Shown piece by piece: positions 62,741-64,000 of a stretch of DNA of 64,000 nt. The notes below the pieces were generated by a model that did not search any database, was not told the origin of the DNA, and worked only from the letters and a program-made list of their open reading frames with translations. The DNA lies in contig CAVVEU010000008.1 of NCBI GenBank assembly GCA_963747235.1, positions 192,001-256,000 of the forward strand. The letters are read 5' to 3'. The stretch comes from an uncultured Candidatus Rokubacteria bacterium. Lineage in GTDB: Bacteria > Methylomirabilota > Methylomirabilia > Rokubacteriales > CSP1-6. Within the stretch, counting starts at the first letter, position 1, and the number at the start of each line of letters is the position of its first letter. Position numbers and translations under genes: made by a program.

Positions 62741-63223
62741 TCAGGAGGGGAGCCGGCCCTCGCCGAGGGTCGCGTGGTTCTTCCGGGGGACGAGCACGGC
62801 GCGGGTATAGGAGCACACGGTTTCGCCTCGCTGGTTGACGCCCTGGGTGGCCACCGTGACGATGCCGCGGTCGCCCTGGCGCGACTCCCGCAGCGCGAGC
62901 ACGTGGCTCTTCGCGTAGAGGGTGTCGCCGATGAAGGTGGGCTTCTCGTGCTTGAGCTCGTTGACCTCCAGGTTCGCGATGGCCCGCCCCGAGATGTCGG
63001 CCACCGTCATGCCGATCACCACGCTGTAGACCAGCGGGCCCAGCACCACGCGCTGCTTGTGCTGGGTGTGGGTCTGGGCGTAGTGGGCGTCCGAGTGCAG
63101 CGGATGCTGGTTCATGGTGAGCAGCGCGAACCACGTGCAGTCCGCTTCCGTGATCGTCCGGCCGGGCCAGTGGGTGAACTCCTGGCCGACCGCGAATTCT
63201 TCGTAGAAGCGGCCGTAGCTCAC
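62741..63223 (-). CDS. MaoC-family dehydratase
   Basis: GRTITEAD, NQHPLHSD, PTFIGDT. Confidence 0.88.
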   Translation of the reverse strand: MSYGRFYEEFAVGQEFTHWPGRTITEADCTWFALLTMNQHPLHSDAHYAQTHTQHKQRVVLGPLVYSVVIGMTVADISGRAIANLEVNELKHEKPTFIGDTLYAKSHVLALRESRQGDRGIVTVATQGVNQRGETVCSYTRAVLVPRKNHATLGEGRLPS

Positions 63224-64000
63224 GGCGCCTCGAGCCGGCGCGCGGCGATGCGGCGCCGCTCGCCCGCCTGGTCGCGCGGGCCGACCAGCAGGGCGGCCGC
63301 GTCGCGGTAGTAGCGCTCCACCGGGAACTCGCTCGTGTAGCCGTAGCCGCCGTGGATGCGCATGGCCTCGAGCGTCACCATGTAGGCGGTCTCGCCCGCG
63401 GCCAGGCGCGCCATCATGGCGCCCGTGTCGTCGCGCGCGTCGGCGTCGAGGCGCGCGGCCGCGCGGCCGGTCAGGAGTCGCGCCGCGGTGATCGCGGTCG
63501 CCATGTCGGCCAGCTTGAGCTGCACCGCCTGGTGCTGGCAGATCGGCTTCCCGAAGGTGGACCGCTGCTGGGAATAGCGCAGCGCCGCCTCGAAGGCGGC
63601 CTGGGCCAGCCCCACCGCGGTGGCGGCGGCGCCGACATTGGTCGCGGCCTCGAGCAGTGTCTCGCCGCCCTCGCGGAGCGCGGCCGCGGCGCCGAGGCGC
63701 ACGCCGACCAGGACCACGTCCGCCGCGCCGAGGCCGCGGAGGCCGATGGTGTCGGAAGCCAGGCCCACCGTGAGGCCGGCCCGGCCCGACTCGACCATGA
63801 AGCAGCGGGCGCCGCCGTCCTCCAGCGCGGCGTTGACCAGGAAGAGCCTGGCCCGGCCCGCGTTCGGCACCACCGGCGCGGACCCGGTGAGGACCCAGTC
63901 CGCGCCCGCGCGCCGCGCGCCGATGGACGCGCCGACCACCGGCGCGGTCCAGCGCTCGCCCCGCGTCATGGGCGGCAGCAGCCGCTCGCGGGCGTCGCGC
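63220..64000 (-). CDS. Acyl-CoA dehydrogenase (5' end beyond window)
   Basis: YSQQRSTFGKPI..HQAVQ..LADM, IHGGYGY..E..VERYYRDA. Confidence 0.85.
   Translation of the reverse strand, partial: RDARERLLPPMTRGERWTAPVVGASIGARRAGADWVLTGSAPVVPNAGRARLFLVNAALEDGGARCFMVESGRAGLTVGLASDTIGLRGLGAADVVLVGVRLGAAAALREGGETLLEAATNVGAAATAVGLAQAAFEAALRYSQQRSTFGKPICQHQAVQLKLADMATAITAARLLTGRAAARLDADARDDTGAMMARLAAGETAYMVTLEAMRIHGGYGYTSEFPVERYYRDAAALLVGPRDQAGERRRIAARRLEAP

Overview
High-GC bacterial chromosome segment, densely coding (about 70 genes). Gene content and style suggest Candidatus Rokubacteria/Methylomirabilota, which is an inference only. Many otherwise intact genes carry single-base frameshifts, most likely long-read consensus errors. 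I saw no rRNA, tRNA, CRISPR array, transposase or prophage. Highlights: (1) an SDR-fold gene with both diagnostic halohydrin dehalogenase motifs, translationally coupled to an extended YciI-family gene, plus a separate haloalkane dehalogenase. (2) An exported thioredoxin-like selenoprotein (in-frame TGA giving UxxC, SECIS-like hairpin) heading an operon with a two-component system and a molybdo-oxidoreductase. (3) A bfd-bfr-hemP-exbB-exbD-cytochrome c/FTR1 iron operon whose -10 box lies inside a perfect DtxR/MntR-type palindrome, divergent from a methanethiol oxidase-like + SCO pair. (4) A dispersed REP-like palindrome at 8 loci whose G-rich strand is a canonical G-quadruplex motif. (5) A sigma54 promoter driving an unannotated 41-aa ORF in frame with a membrane hydrolase that appears to start at ATC. 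(6) Two apparent deletion junctions and a decayed ABC operon.
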